64,000 nucleotides of DNA from Lama glama (taxonomy: Eukaryota), in NCBI GenBank assembly GCA_028534125.1, contig CM052828.1:1178001-1242000 (forward strand). The letters are read 5' to 3'. Positions 12,978-23,265 of this stretch are shown here, piece after piece. How positions within the stretch are numbered: position 1 is the first letter of the stretch; each line of letters begins with the position of its first letter. Below the pieces are notes generated by a model. The model did not search any database. It saw only the letters and a program-made list of their open reading frames with translations, and was not told where the DNA came from. The position numbers and the translations under genes are program-made.

Positions 12978-13270
12978 CTGTATGTAGTTCACAGCAAACA
13001 CCTTTTTGGGAGTGCTTTGTAATGATTAGTTCTGTATTTTTAGCACAGAACAGGAGTTCAGTTTCCAAATTCCTGTTTAGCTGTTTTTATCTCGTGACAA
13101 CTTGTCACGAGGCTAAATCGGGAACCACACCCGATGGTTCTGAGCACACTCGGGGAACTATATTAAGGACGCAGTGACAGATGCCCCATTCGATTAGTTA
13201 CTGCCTTCTGGAAAGGGCTGAGCACTTGAAGCCGATGCCAGACCTCAAACTATGCTGTGAAGTTCATGAG
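12978..13270 (+). repeat. Copy 2 of the diverged local duplication
   Basis: Shares aatgatta, gtttccaaattcctg, ctgtttttatct, the 50-nt core, gaaaggg and ctatRctgtga...catgag with copy 1. Confidence 0.85.
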
Positions 13271-13989
13271 AGATTCGAGGGAGGAACTAATCCATCGTGT
13301 AATCCAGTGACTGGATAACCCATTCTTAGGACTTTGAGATACAACTCCAAGGTCCAGACTGTAGGATTAAGGATTAACGGTCTGAAGACAAGTTACAGAT
13401 AAAGGAGAGGAGGTCCAATTAAGGCTTCATTTCTGCTTTCTACAACTGGAATTAGAGCTTTTCAGCTGGAGGGCAGCAAATAAACCAGCTGTGCTTTGTC
13501 TCAACGGAAGATTGGCCGTTCTGTGCTTTGCAGTGCATAGCGTTGTGCCTCCCCTGCGTGGGACCACGTTCCAACTGTGCTGCTTGACTATGTAAAAAGG
13601 AGACTGAATCCGCTAAAATGCTAATCATTTATACTGGCATTAATTCACAATTGGGTGAGACCAGCTGGGTGAGACCCCCTTCCCCTCCGCCTCCTCCTTC
13701 TTCAAATGGAAACAGATGGAAGTTAGAGAGTGAAGTGACTTGATCTGGTTCAGCTTCCACTGGGAGTGAGAAACAGTCCACCTCAGAAGACGAGCTATCT
13801 AATTTTCACTTCATGTGTCCCCCAGAACGTGCCCCCTCCTCAGTCCTCTGAATCTGTTTCATCTCCGTGCAGAGGACACCTGGCTGATAAGTGGTCCAGG
13901 AGCCCTGAGATGGTGCCCGCCTGGGCTGAAGCCATCACTGGCTTGATGGGGGAAGACCGTGGGCCGTGATTCATGTTCCATGATGCGAT

Positions 13990-14230
13990 TCCCTTCTTCA
14001 AGCAAGCGGGTATCTGGCCCAGAGCTGCCCGGCTGGAGACTCTATTTCCCAACCTCATCTCCCAACCTCCCTTGCAGCTGGGTTTGACCACTTGATTAAT
14101 TTCTAGCCATGGAATGCACACAGAAGAGATTGATGGCGTTTTTAGACCTGGCCACAAATATCACACGTCACTCCCCCATCTCTCTCCTTCTCGTAAGACC
14201 TTGAGACTCGACTCTGACCATGCTGACCAG
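13990..14230 (+). mobile_element. ERVL LTR fragment (LTR16-like)
   Basis: ctcccttgcagctgggtttgaccacttgattaatttctagccatggaatg resembles the LTR16/LTR33 core. Confidence 0.6.
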
Positions 14231-15339
14231 CCCGATGTCCTAGGGGCTGGTGGGATGGCTCCCATCCCCCTCCGGGCTGTTCAGAGAGACACAGCAAGGA
14301 CACTAAGGACGCTCTATCACTAGACCTTGTCATTTCACTGCTGCCTCCCCTGTCGGGCCAGGGCCCTCAGTCCTGCATTTCTAGCAGGTTTCTGCTCGGT
14401 CTTTTCAATGAGTAACAAGTGCAAAAGACAAAAACAGAAAAAGCCCATAAGCTGTGCTACCATCTATGTTCATCGAGCAAGAAGAATTTATTTCATAGAA
14501 AATGACTTTACAACCTTTGGTAATTCCATTGTTTTATATGAACTACCCATTCGAACAAAGCCACCTCATTAGTGACTCCTGGCTAGGTGCATTGTTAGGT
14601 TTTCCTTCTGGTTTGGAATTTGGTGGTTTATTGCTAGGGGTCACACCTGCATTTTATAAATGACTTCTGCAACCGTGTCAGAGATTAGCCGGAGGAGAGT
14701 AAAAATACACACACACGGAGCCCAGCACGAGGAGAAGTGTACGTGATTGTCCTACATCTGCCGAATGTCATGAAAGCCCGGAAGATTCTGTGACTCTTTA
14801 CAGCACCAGTTTCAGAAGATGCAAAACCACGTTCTCCCAGCTCTGTGACTCAATAAAAGAGAAAGCCGACTACGCGTCTCTGTTTGGTTGCTCTACGGTG
14901 GGGCTTGAATTTCGACCACGTTGTTTGCCTGGAGTTAGTGGAAGAGGACTTGGATGGTGAGAGCTTTGGGAAGTCGGGGGGCTGTAAAGGTTGGGTGCTA
15001 ACTGAGCCCAGGAGGAGCAAGCAGCTTCGTGGGACCTCGTCAGCTCAGGGAAGGCAGAGGAGCGCACCACAGGGCAGCTCAGGGCCCCGTTCCTGCTTCT
15101 AGCTCCTGCCTCAGCTGTACCACGGCCCCTCTTTAGGGGGCTTCTGGGGAGCGTGGCCAGTGTTCTCTGCCTTTGTCCCCGTGCTGGGGGGACAACGATT
15201 CTGAATTGCGTCTTCTCTGGGTCACTCCATGAGATTCTAATTACCACCGCGTGTTTCCACACATCTCCCCGAGCATGTGTCCCACTGAGCTCGGCTGCCT
15301 CTGCCTGATGGCTCAGTGGTTCTTCCAGCTCTGCACAGA

Positions 15340-15540
15340 TGTTCAGACAGACCTATTATTTCACCCCTGCTCCTGCCCTGCCTCCTGGGAGCACCGTCTC
15401 ACGGTGACCCCACCATCCATGCGGACGTCCAGGAGGAAACTCGGGAGTCCTCGTTCCCGCCCTGCCCCAAGCCCCACTCTCACCATCACCAAGTCCTGGC
15501 TTATCCCTAAACTGTTTTCAGAACCGTTTCCTCCTCCCTG
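15340..15540 (+). mobile_element. L2 fragment
   Basis: caccatccatgcgg...aaactcgggagtcctc...catcaccaagtcctg matches the L2 pattern. Confidence 0.55.
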
Positions 15541-16290
15541 CCCTCCCCAGCGCGCCGCAGTGCAGCCCTCCCTCACCCTCCGGCAGCAGAGCCGGACCCC
15601 CCCGACGTCGGCACGGCCCCTCCCCGACCCTTCGCGAAGCGGCCGGGGTGGACCAGGTCTGCGACCCCGTGCCCCGGGCCGGCTGTGTTTTGGGATGTTC
15701 TGCAGTTTAAACAGGGGACCGCATGGTGTAGGCGCCCTGTTTCACCCCCGCAGGGCCTGAGGAGGCACCTCCAGTTCCAAAACGTTAGTGGTTCTGTTCT
15801 GAAAAAGGTATCCCAGTAAGCGGGTCAGTGAAGCCCGGACGTAACTTCAGACCCGTGCAGGTCAGGCTTCGCGGCCTCCAGCTCAGACTGGGATCGGTTT
15901 TTGTCACCTGAAGTGCTCGACATCGCATTCTGACGTTCTGGGTTCCAGGCGTGCGCTCTCCCTGACGTTTCTCCGTCCCGCTCTCTCCACTTTGGGAACT
16001 TTTGGGGCCCCCTTGGGCCGCAGGACAGATTCTGGCAGAACTTCCAGGCCCGGGACCTCCTGAGGGGCACCCGCGCCCCCCACCCCCCCGCCGCGCTCCC
16101 AGCGCCGCGGGCCGCTTCCCGGCCCCCTCGCCCTGGGGACCTGCCCCTGCTGCGCGCGCTCAGACCCCCCCTCAGCGCCGCCTCCCCGGGCGCCGGCCGC
16201 ATGGCGTGGTGTAGAAACAGTCACCAGGCCCCTGGGCCCCTGGGTGGTGCTGGGCTCTAGAGGTGGGCCCACCACGCGCCGGGGGCCTGG
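15540..16290. promoter_or_regulatory. Orphan CpG-rich island
   Basis: Visibly very high GC content and CpG density; no gene structure. Confidence 0.6.
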
Positions 16291-17934
16291 GGGCAGCGGC
16301 CGCTTCACTGAGTAAATTGAAAAATGGCTCCCCCTCTGCTTGCTTTCTCCCTGGAATGTATTTACTGTTTTATTGTGGGTGTTAATGGGGGAACTGGGAT
16401 TCCGGAGATGGACTTCAGGCTTTGAAGTTGACTTTTCCAAAAACAAATGTATGCATCAAGGGCTGTCTGGACTTTGCCTCTGAACTGCATAACTACAGCT
16501 CCTAAGCATTGGCTAAATGGACGGAGAAAATCCTTTCTGTTCACCACAGAGCTTGACAAAGTGGTGCGAGTGGCTTTGCGGGATGAACTGTGCAGAGAAG
16601 TCTGGGGTGTCGGTGGGGACCCTCGAGGCAGCCGAGAGGAGTGAGGGGGGCGCTCAGCAGGTGGCTGGTGGTTCCTGTGTCACCAGGATGTCACTTGCTC
16701 CAGTGACTTGTAACACAAAGCCTCAGTTTCTGCGTTTGGAAATCACAGAATGGCGCCTGGGGCCTCGGGAAACCTGTAGAAACCCTGTCCTGTAGTTTTG
16801 GCCGCACCATGAACGGGCTTTCCTGGGACAGTCACTCTACCTGCTCAGCAGCGGGGGCGCTGGGTGACACACAGGTCACAGTGAGGCGTGAGGAGAGGAG
16901 CAAGTACTTTCCTACTCAAAATTAAAAAACTGAAAGTGTGTGCATGTGGGGAAGTGCTGCCGTGCCGCCCACCTGGAGGCCAAGGTCCCCCCGGAGGCAT
17001 AAGTGGCACACGAGGGTCTCAGGGAGGGCCGCTCACAACAGGCCGCAGAGTATTCACTTTTTCCTTTTACTCAGTTAGAGTGGTGACAAGGTTTTCCACG
17101 GGAGAATGTCCCTCTCATGTAGTTGGCTCTGATAGGCAGTATTTATGGTGGAGAGAAGGGTCTGGGAATCCGTGAGTGTGCTGGAAATTGTGTGTAAATG
17201 TAGGTGCATAGGTGAACTGGTTTGGGGAAAAAAATTGAGAATCATTGAAATATAAGATTTTTAACGGCCTTTCTAACCTTAAAATTCTACATGTCACGAT
17301 CCATGGCTGTGATCCTGCTAGATCTTTGCTGCTTTGACATGACCCTTACTATGTATCATTTTTGGTAATTAATGCTTTATTTCATTTAATTCTTTGCAAA
17401 CTGGCCATTCACCGCGCCCTTCATTCAGCCGGTATTTATAGGATGATGACTAGGAGGTGAGCCCTGCGTCAGGTGCTGGGGAGTCTCCGGTGAGTGAACC
17501 TGGTGCATTTCTCTGCCGAGCTTGCTGCCTGGCAGTGGTGGCAGTGGGGGGAGGGGTGCTGACCACCAAGGGCCGTAGCAGTTGGAGTAGGAGACCCGCA
17601 GATGGGGACCAGAAAACAATAGGGTTTTGGGAAGTAGGATTCCGTCCTGCTGGATTGGAACGTCACTGCTTGGCATCTTTAATTTCTCTGCCTGTCTCGC
17701 CCTGTCTTTGAATAAAAACCCACACAGCTTTCCATAGGTTCTTCATAAACTGTCCTTTCCTCTGTCTCGCCCTCCTTCCCGGCTGTGCCTCCTGGTACCA
17801 GCTCAAGAACGCTCCCCGCGGCTGTTTACCGGCCCCATTATTTATAGGCTGCTATGTTCCCCCGTGCTCCTCGCCAGTCACCACCCAGACGCGCTGTACG
17901 TAGTTCGTTATTTTAATCTTTCCCAGTAAATCAA

Positions 17935-18130
17935 TTCTCCCTACCTCCCCATCATTTTTATTGCTCTGCTTTGAACTCCCTTCAGCTTTTCTACCTCTTT
18001 ATGGTATTGAAGTGCCCGGAATTTAATGTAGTTTTCCAGGTGGGGTTCGAGAAAGGCTGTTAGAGCGGGACTCTCACCTCCGTTCGCTGCTGGGAACGGA
18101 GCCCAAAACTGCATTAGCCCCTGAGCTGCG
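17935..18130 (-). mobile_element. CR1/L3 LINE ORF2 C-terminal fragment
   Basis: Minus-strand peptide LEPHLENYIKFRALQYHKEVEKLKGVQSRAIKMMG resembles CR1 [36 protein letters not shown]. Confidence 0.8.
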
Positions 18131-19204
18131 GTATCAGCTCTAGCAGCGCACGTCTGATTGTCTCCTGCCCAGCGCCTGCCGGCTCCCACACAGCTCCGCG
18201 GCGTCCCTCCGGTGGTCTCGCTGCCGTCTAGCTTTTAGTCAAGGGTCGGCACTGAGAATCAGAGGAAGGAAGGTGGCGAGCACCGTCCCAAAGGGTAAAC
18301 GCAGTGGGTGACTGATGACAGTGACCGTCCCTGCCGCGGGAGGTGTGGTCGCGCGGGGCTGAGGCTCCAGGACTTGTTTGTGTTCTCCTCTGGCACTCGC
18401 CTCATCTGGCTGAGGAGCAGGCTCAGAGACGCTAAGTAAGTGTCGGGGAGTCCCCCAGCTTGAGGCAACACAGGAATCCGGGCAGCCGGACCACAAAGCC
18501 TTTGGAACCAGCGCCGCTGGTGAGGGGCCGGGGCTGGGCGGGGGTGATGGTGCCGCCCGGAGCCGGGGGTCCGCTGGCCCAGTGCTGGGCTGAAGCACCG
18601 TCACCCCCGGGGACCACTGCCCGGGTCTCCTTCCCTAACCTCATAAAGCGAGGCACATCGGAGGACCAGTGAGATCTTTGAGTGAGTGAGTGGAGGTTAA
18701 GTTCCGGGCACTTGTGGACATGAAGCAGTGTTGTCACCCCCTCCGCCCTCAAGCAGCTTCCAGAGTCCCTGCACCAGAGCAAGGCACAGAGCCCAGCGAG
18801 ACAGACCCTGCAGAGCAGACCCGGCAGGACTGTGGTTGTGAAGGAGAGAATGCCGAGGTCAGAGGCTGTTTCTGAAAGGAGTCTGACTACGGCATCTTGC
18901 CACCCTCAGCAGTGGCATCGCTTCCTGCTCCTTCTTTTAGGTCAGTGTTGAAATGGAGTCATTCAACTTTATTTCTCCTGATACTGACGCAAACCTTGAT
19001 CAGGAGTTGATGAAAAGTGGAGATTGACGGGGGAAATTAGGGTGCGAACGGTGCAGTTAGTGTGCGTAAGGATGGTGTTTTTTGAGAAACACAGAGTTTG
19101 TGTTTTGAACCCATTCCTGCTCTGGAGGAATGTTGCTGGCCATCCCCTCCCTCTGCCCATCAGTCTTGAGGGGTTGTTTGTGGGGCTGCCGGGTGTAGAG
19201 GAAA

Positions 19205-19370
19205 GGGTGTGGCTGTTGGAACCCAAGCAGTGTCGTTATTTAGCTTCATAAAATTAGGTAGGTCATTTAATTTAAATTAGGATTTCTGCCAATGAGCTGC
19301 TGTGAGGTATAGATGAGATAGACCTGCAAGGGCTTGGGGTCGGAGCAGGTGCTCCACAGGTGCTGGTTTT
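19205..19370 (+). mobile_element. Degenerate MIR SINE
   Basis: gctgctgtgaggtatagatgagata...ggtgctccacaggtgctggt matches the MIR 3' pattern. Confidence 0.5.
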
Positions 19371-19497
19371 CCTTTCTGCTCATCTCTATCCCTTACTCCG
19401 CTGTATAGCCTGTGAGCGTGTGGTTTGCCAGGTGAGCCACATAGCGGCAAATACTTCTAAGTTATCTGCTGTGTTCAGAACTCTATGATGTATACAG

Positions 19498-19632
19498 TCC
19501 ACTACCATCACCACCACTGCCACCATTACCACCACCACCATCACTACCACCACCACCGTCACCTCCACCATCACCACCATCACCACCGCCATCACCACCA
19601 CCACCACCACCAGCACTGCCATCACGACGTCC
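19498..19632. repeat. (CAC/CAT)n trinucleotide microsatellite
   Basis: Directly visible imperfect CAY repeat. Confidence 0.95.
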
Positions 19633-19634
19633 AT

Positions 19635-19810
19635 CAGTGCTTGATGAGCACTCGTCATGTGCCAGGCACTATGCCAAGCACTTTGCAGACATGTTCTCAT
19701 TTATTCTTCAAAACTACCCTTTAAAGTAGGTACTATTATTACTCCAGTTTTGAAAACAAGAGTACCGGTGCTTGGAGAGGTTAAAAGACGTATTCAAGGT
19801 TATACGGGGT
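19635..19810 (-). mobile_element. MIR SINE
   Basis: atgtgccaggcactatgccaagcactt...gtaggtactattattactccagttttg...ggagaggttaaa. Confidence 0.85.
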
Positions 19811-20904
19811 GTGAGAGATAAAGAAGAAACAGGAGCCCTGAGCCCTGCCCCGAGGAAGTGTGTGATCTGCTGGGAAGTGAAATTAAAGCCCACGCAAAAT
19901 TAGTGCCCTTGCTTTGGCGAGGCATCCTGTAGTGAGTGCCAAATCGCGTGGTTCAGGCTAGAAAGGCTGCAGATGTTTGGGGGCAGGGACTGGTGAAGGT
20001 CACTGTGCGCACGGTTCTTTTGTTTTATGGGGTTAACACTTATTCGGATTCTCTGGAGGACCGTATGGGTACACGTGGGACACAGGAACCTCAGACAGTC
20101 GTTCCGACTTCACAGGAGTCCAGGAGACTCTGCCCACAGGCTTCTTAGGGAAACAGAAATGGAGCGAGACCGAGCAGCACAGAAACTGGACTTGGGAAGC
20201 TGCGCTGGACCCAGGTCTGCTCTAGTGACGAGGCAACCTCATGTCCTGGCAGCAGCAGGCGGTCTGGCTCCTCCACTGAGGCTCTGCTGTAGCTGAAACC
20301 TGATGACTTGCTGATGTTTTCAGCCCTGCTCCTGTAAGTTCCCACTCCCTCCCTCCCTCCCCCCTCCCCAGCCCTCCTGTTCAGTTTTCCAGCAGTGGGG
20401 CTCTCATGGCTCTGCCTGGTCCTCTCCATCCTTCTTTAAGCAGGGCTTTGGCACCTGGTGAACCCTCCGGCCCCTGGCCTGCCCGTGACGGTTCCGCCCA
20501 GGTCAGAAGCCCATCCTAGTCCAGGCAGCTTTGGCTGAAGTGTCTTGGTCACATAGCACCTGGTCACCTCTGCAGAAGGAGCCCTCTGGACAGCTGTGTC
20601 ACCAGGTGTCTGTCACAGGAGCTCAGGTGTGGCCTGTTGACAGCAGCTGGGGAAGCCTCCGTGGAGGAGTGGAATTTGACGGGCAGGAGCCTTAGAGGAG
20701 ACACAAAGGGTGGCCTGGAATGAGCTTGCGGCAGCAGAGGGTACCAGGAGAGGGATGGGGAACGAGCCAACTCTGTGCACCCAATCCGGCCTTAGGAGTC
20801 AAGCAGCGACTGTGGACAATAGTTTTGAGGCACAAGGGAGCCATGAGGGGTGTGGGAATACAACAGATGTCTACCGTGAAAACAGTCTAAGAAGAACCAG
20901 GGTC

Positions 20905-21000
20905 GGGGGAGGGTAGAGCTCAGTGGCGGAGCGCGTGCTTAGCACGCATGAGGGCCTGGTTTCAATCCCCAGTCCCTCCTCTGAAAACGAATGAAAAACA
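20905..21000 (+). mobile_element. Camelid tRNA-Ala-derived SINE (vic-1-like)
   Basis: Head ggggagggtagagctcagtgg...gcttagcacgcatgag...gtttcaatcccc, A-rich tail, and 11-bp TSD AAGAACCAGGG at 20892-20902 and 21001-21011. Confidence 0.9.
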
Positions 21001-21019
21001 AAGAACCAGGGAGGCAGAG

Positions 21020-21620
21020 TCATGACGTGCAGAGCCGGGGGCGCCGGGCAGGAGGGCAGGAGCCCCCCTCGCAGCGGCGCAGGCTCTCCGCGCAGGCGCC
21101 TTGAGGCGCCCCAGCCCCCCCGCAGCCTGGGCGGCCGGCGCGCCCGCGGGGCCCCGTCCGTCTGTCCCGCAGCGCTCGCGTGGCCCGGCTGCAGCAACGG
21201 CCGGGACCTAAGTGAGCTCGCGTCGCGGAGTGGGTTGGTGATGAGCCACGGGTTGTTTTAAAAGTAGCTGTTTTGCGTAGTGAACCTGCCCGCTTGCTGA
21301 ATTCCTCGCCGAAACGCCGTACCTCCCGCTCTCGCATTTCCGCGCCCCTGCTCTGTCTCAGGCTTTTCAGGAGCAGCTCGCGGCTCCTGCGCGGCAGCGC
21401 GCCCTTCGTTCTTCACGTTCCGTGTGTGCTGCTGCCGCCTCCGAGCAGCCCCAGCGCTCGACCTGCCCTCCGGGGCCCCTCCAGGGACCCCGGGGCACAA
21501 AACGGATGTGGACCCGACTAGCTTTTCTCAGGAAAGTACTTCGCAGTCTCTAGAAGCTTCCGGGGGACACGAGATTTGGGCGCAGAGCTACCAACGACAC
21601 ACACCGCCATGGCCGCGTGT
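21020..21620. promoter_or_regulatory. Orphan CpG island
   Basis: Dense CpG/GC; no credible coding frame. Confidence 0.65.
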
Positions 21621-22012
21621 CCTCTGAACTGACGTGAACCATTTGATTTTCCGTTGTCTGGAACACGTCTGCCATATTAGAAGAAGTGAGATGCTGCTGT
21701 TTTTCGGAAGATACACCATTACTTACTGCACTGCTGTTGCGATGAAGTAAGGATACTGCCGATTAAACAAAGACACGCAGGAACCTTTGTAAGACACCTT
21801 CTAGACGTGGGGATGTGAAAAATAAACGTGTGAAAAGTAGATGCGTGACGTGAAAAATAACGTGTCTGAGAAGTGGTGAGTTACAATGGGTTACAAGTAC
21901 CTCTGGAATCGTGGGTTCAGATCGTAAGCAAACCAGTGGTACCTTAATTATGAGCCACACCCTCATCTTAAGCCTAACCTGGATACTACCCAGCCCTATG
22001 GCTAGCGTAATC

Positions 22013-22088
22013 TTTTTTAAAATTTTAATTAATTATTTATTTTAAAAAATTGAATTACAGTCAGTCTCAATGTATCTGTTTCTGGTGT
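22013..22088 (-). mobile_element. Severely 5'-truncated L1 3' tail
   Basis: T-rich tail plus attgaattacagtcagt...tgtttctggtgt; diverged TSD at 21994-22012 vs 22089-22107 (15/19). Confidence 0.65.
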
Positions 22089-22209
22089 CCCTGTGGCTAA
22101 TCTAATCGTAACCCAGTCCTCCTGTCTCTTCCCTCGCCCACTGGGCTGAGCACTTGATTCTTTTAATGTCGTACGAGAAACTCTTTCTCTTTGAGATGAT
22201 GTCCCAGCT

Positions 22210-22532
22210 GCCTTCTCTCTGGCTGTCCTCACAACACACCACAGATTGGATGGTTCAAACCATAAACGTTTCTCCTCCCAGTTTTGAAGGCTGACAGTCC
22301 AGGGTCAAGGTGCCAGCAGAGGGGTCTGGGGAGCCCATCCTGACCTCTGACTTATACCTGTGTCCTCACGTGAGAGCAGAGAGGAGGCAAGCTCTCTGGG
22401 GCCGCTCCTTCTCAGGGCACTGACCCATTGTGAGGGTCCCCCCTCAGGACCTCTGCACCTCACAGGACCCACCTCCTGACCCCATCACCCTGGGGGTTGA
22501 GTTTGAGGGGGACACAAACACACAGCCCACGA
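22210..22532 (-). mobile_element. MLT1A-like MaLR solo LTR
   Basis: caaggtgccagcaga...gggcactgacccattgtgaggg...gggggacacaaacacacag is the reverse complement of the MLT1A start. Confidence 0.85.
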
Positions 22533-23046
22533 TGCCAGCAGCTGCCCTGCCGGCCCTGGGAGCTCCTCCCCACCTGCCTGGCCTCTGAGCTCAGGGTTCT
22601 GTCACCTTCCCTCCAGTCCACCCCTTCTCTCCTCCCCTACTGAAGTGTTCCCCTCCTCAACCTGGAATGTGCTTCCCCCCTTCTTTGCCTGATCTTTGAG
22701 GCTCCCTTCAGGGCACCACACACACACTTTTGTTGCTGTGCCCTTTTATACTCCCGGGGGCATTCTGTCCAGGAGTAAGAGCCATGGTCCGGCGCTGGGG
22801 GGAGGTGAAAACGAGAGCCTGTGAGGTCCGTGTTGGTGAGGGCCGAGGATGAAAAGGTTCAGCCCATGGTCTGACTAGCAGGGCCCTGGGAGTTTCCTGA
22901 AGACCAGAAAATCTGGTTACTGAGAGGCTCGGATGAGAGCAAAGAGGTTCCATGGGCCTCTGGAGGCTGGGACATGGAGTGTGCCCCCTGGGCAAGACCG
23001 ATGAGATCAGTTCCCTCCGCTGGCTCTTTTCTCGGGGTCTATGTGC

Positions 23047-23265
23047 TGGGTCAGCTCTGGATCCAAGCCACAGGTCAAATCTGCTTGCGACTGTTTTTGC
23101 CAATAAAGTTGTACTGAGGGCCAGACACCCTCCTTCTGTATGTGTTGTCCACAGCTGCATTCACACCACTGCCGCAGCCGGTCGCTGTCAATGGAGACCA
23201 CGTGGCCTGCAGATCCAAGGACATGTCCTCTCTCGCCCTCTGCAGAAGACGTCTGCTGACGCCCA
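23047..23265 (+). mobile_element. MER58A-like hAT-Charlie DNA transposon
   Basis: ctgtttttgccaataaagttgtactg...gagaccacgtggcctgcaga...gccctctgcagaagacgtctgctgac. Confidence 0.8.

Noticed and set aside
13022-13147. C/D-box snoRNA reading of the duplicated element (ATGATTA...CTGA in both copies)
   Set aside because: The C box is non-canonical, terminal-stem spacing is poor, similarity continues well past CTGA, and no host intron is evident. A snoscan/Rfam run would settle it.
6690-13270. Duplicated flanks as an L1 target-site duplication or as paired LTRs
   Set aside because: About 280 bp is far longer than a normal TSD, copy 2 starts ~390 bp after the L1 end, and there are no TG...CA termini, primer-binding site or retroviral internal sequence.
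19485-19724. His-rich ORF (and Val-rich antisense ORF)
   Set aside because: Translation of a CAY microsatellite running into a MIR; no splice or coding context.
20905-20980. Apparent tRNA-Ala genes here and at 25.97 and 30.47 kb
   Set aside because: They have A-rich tails, TSDs and disrupted stems, so they are SINEs rather than tRNA genes.
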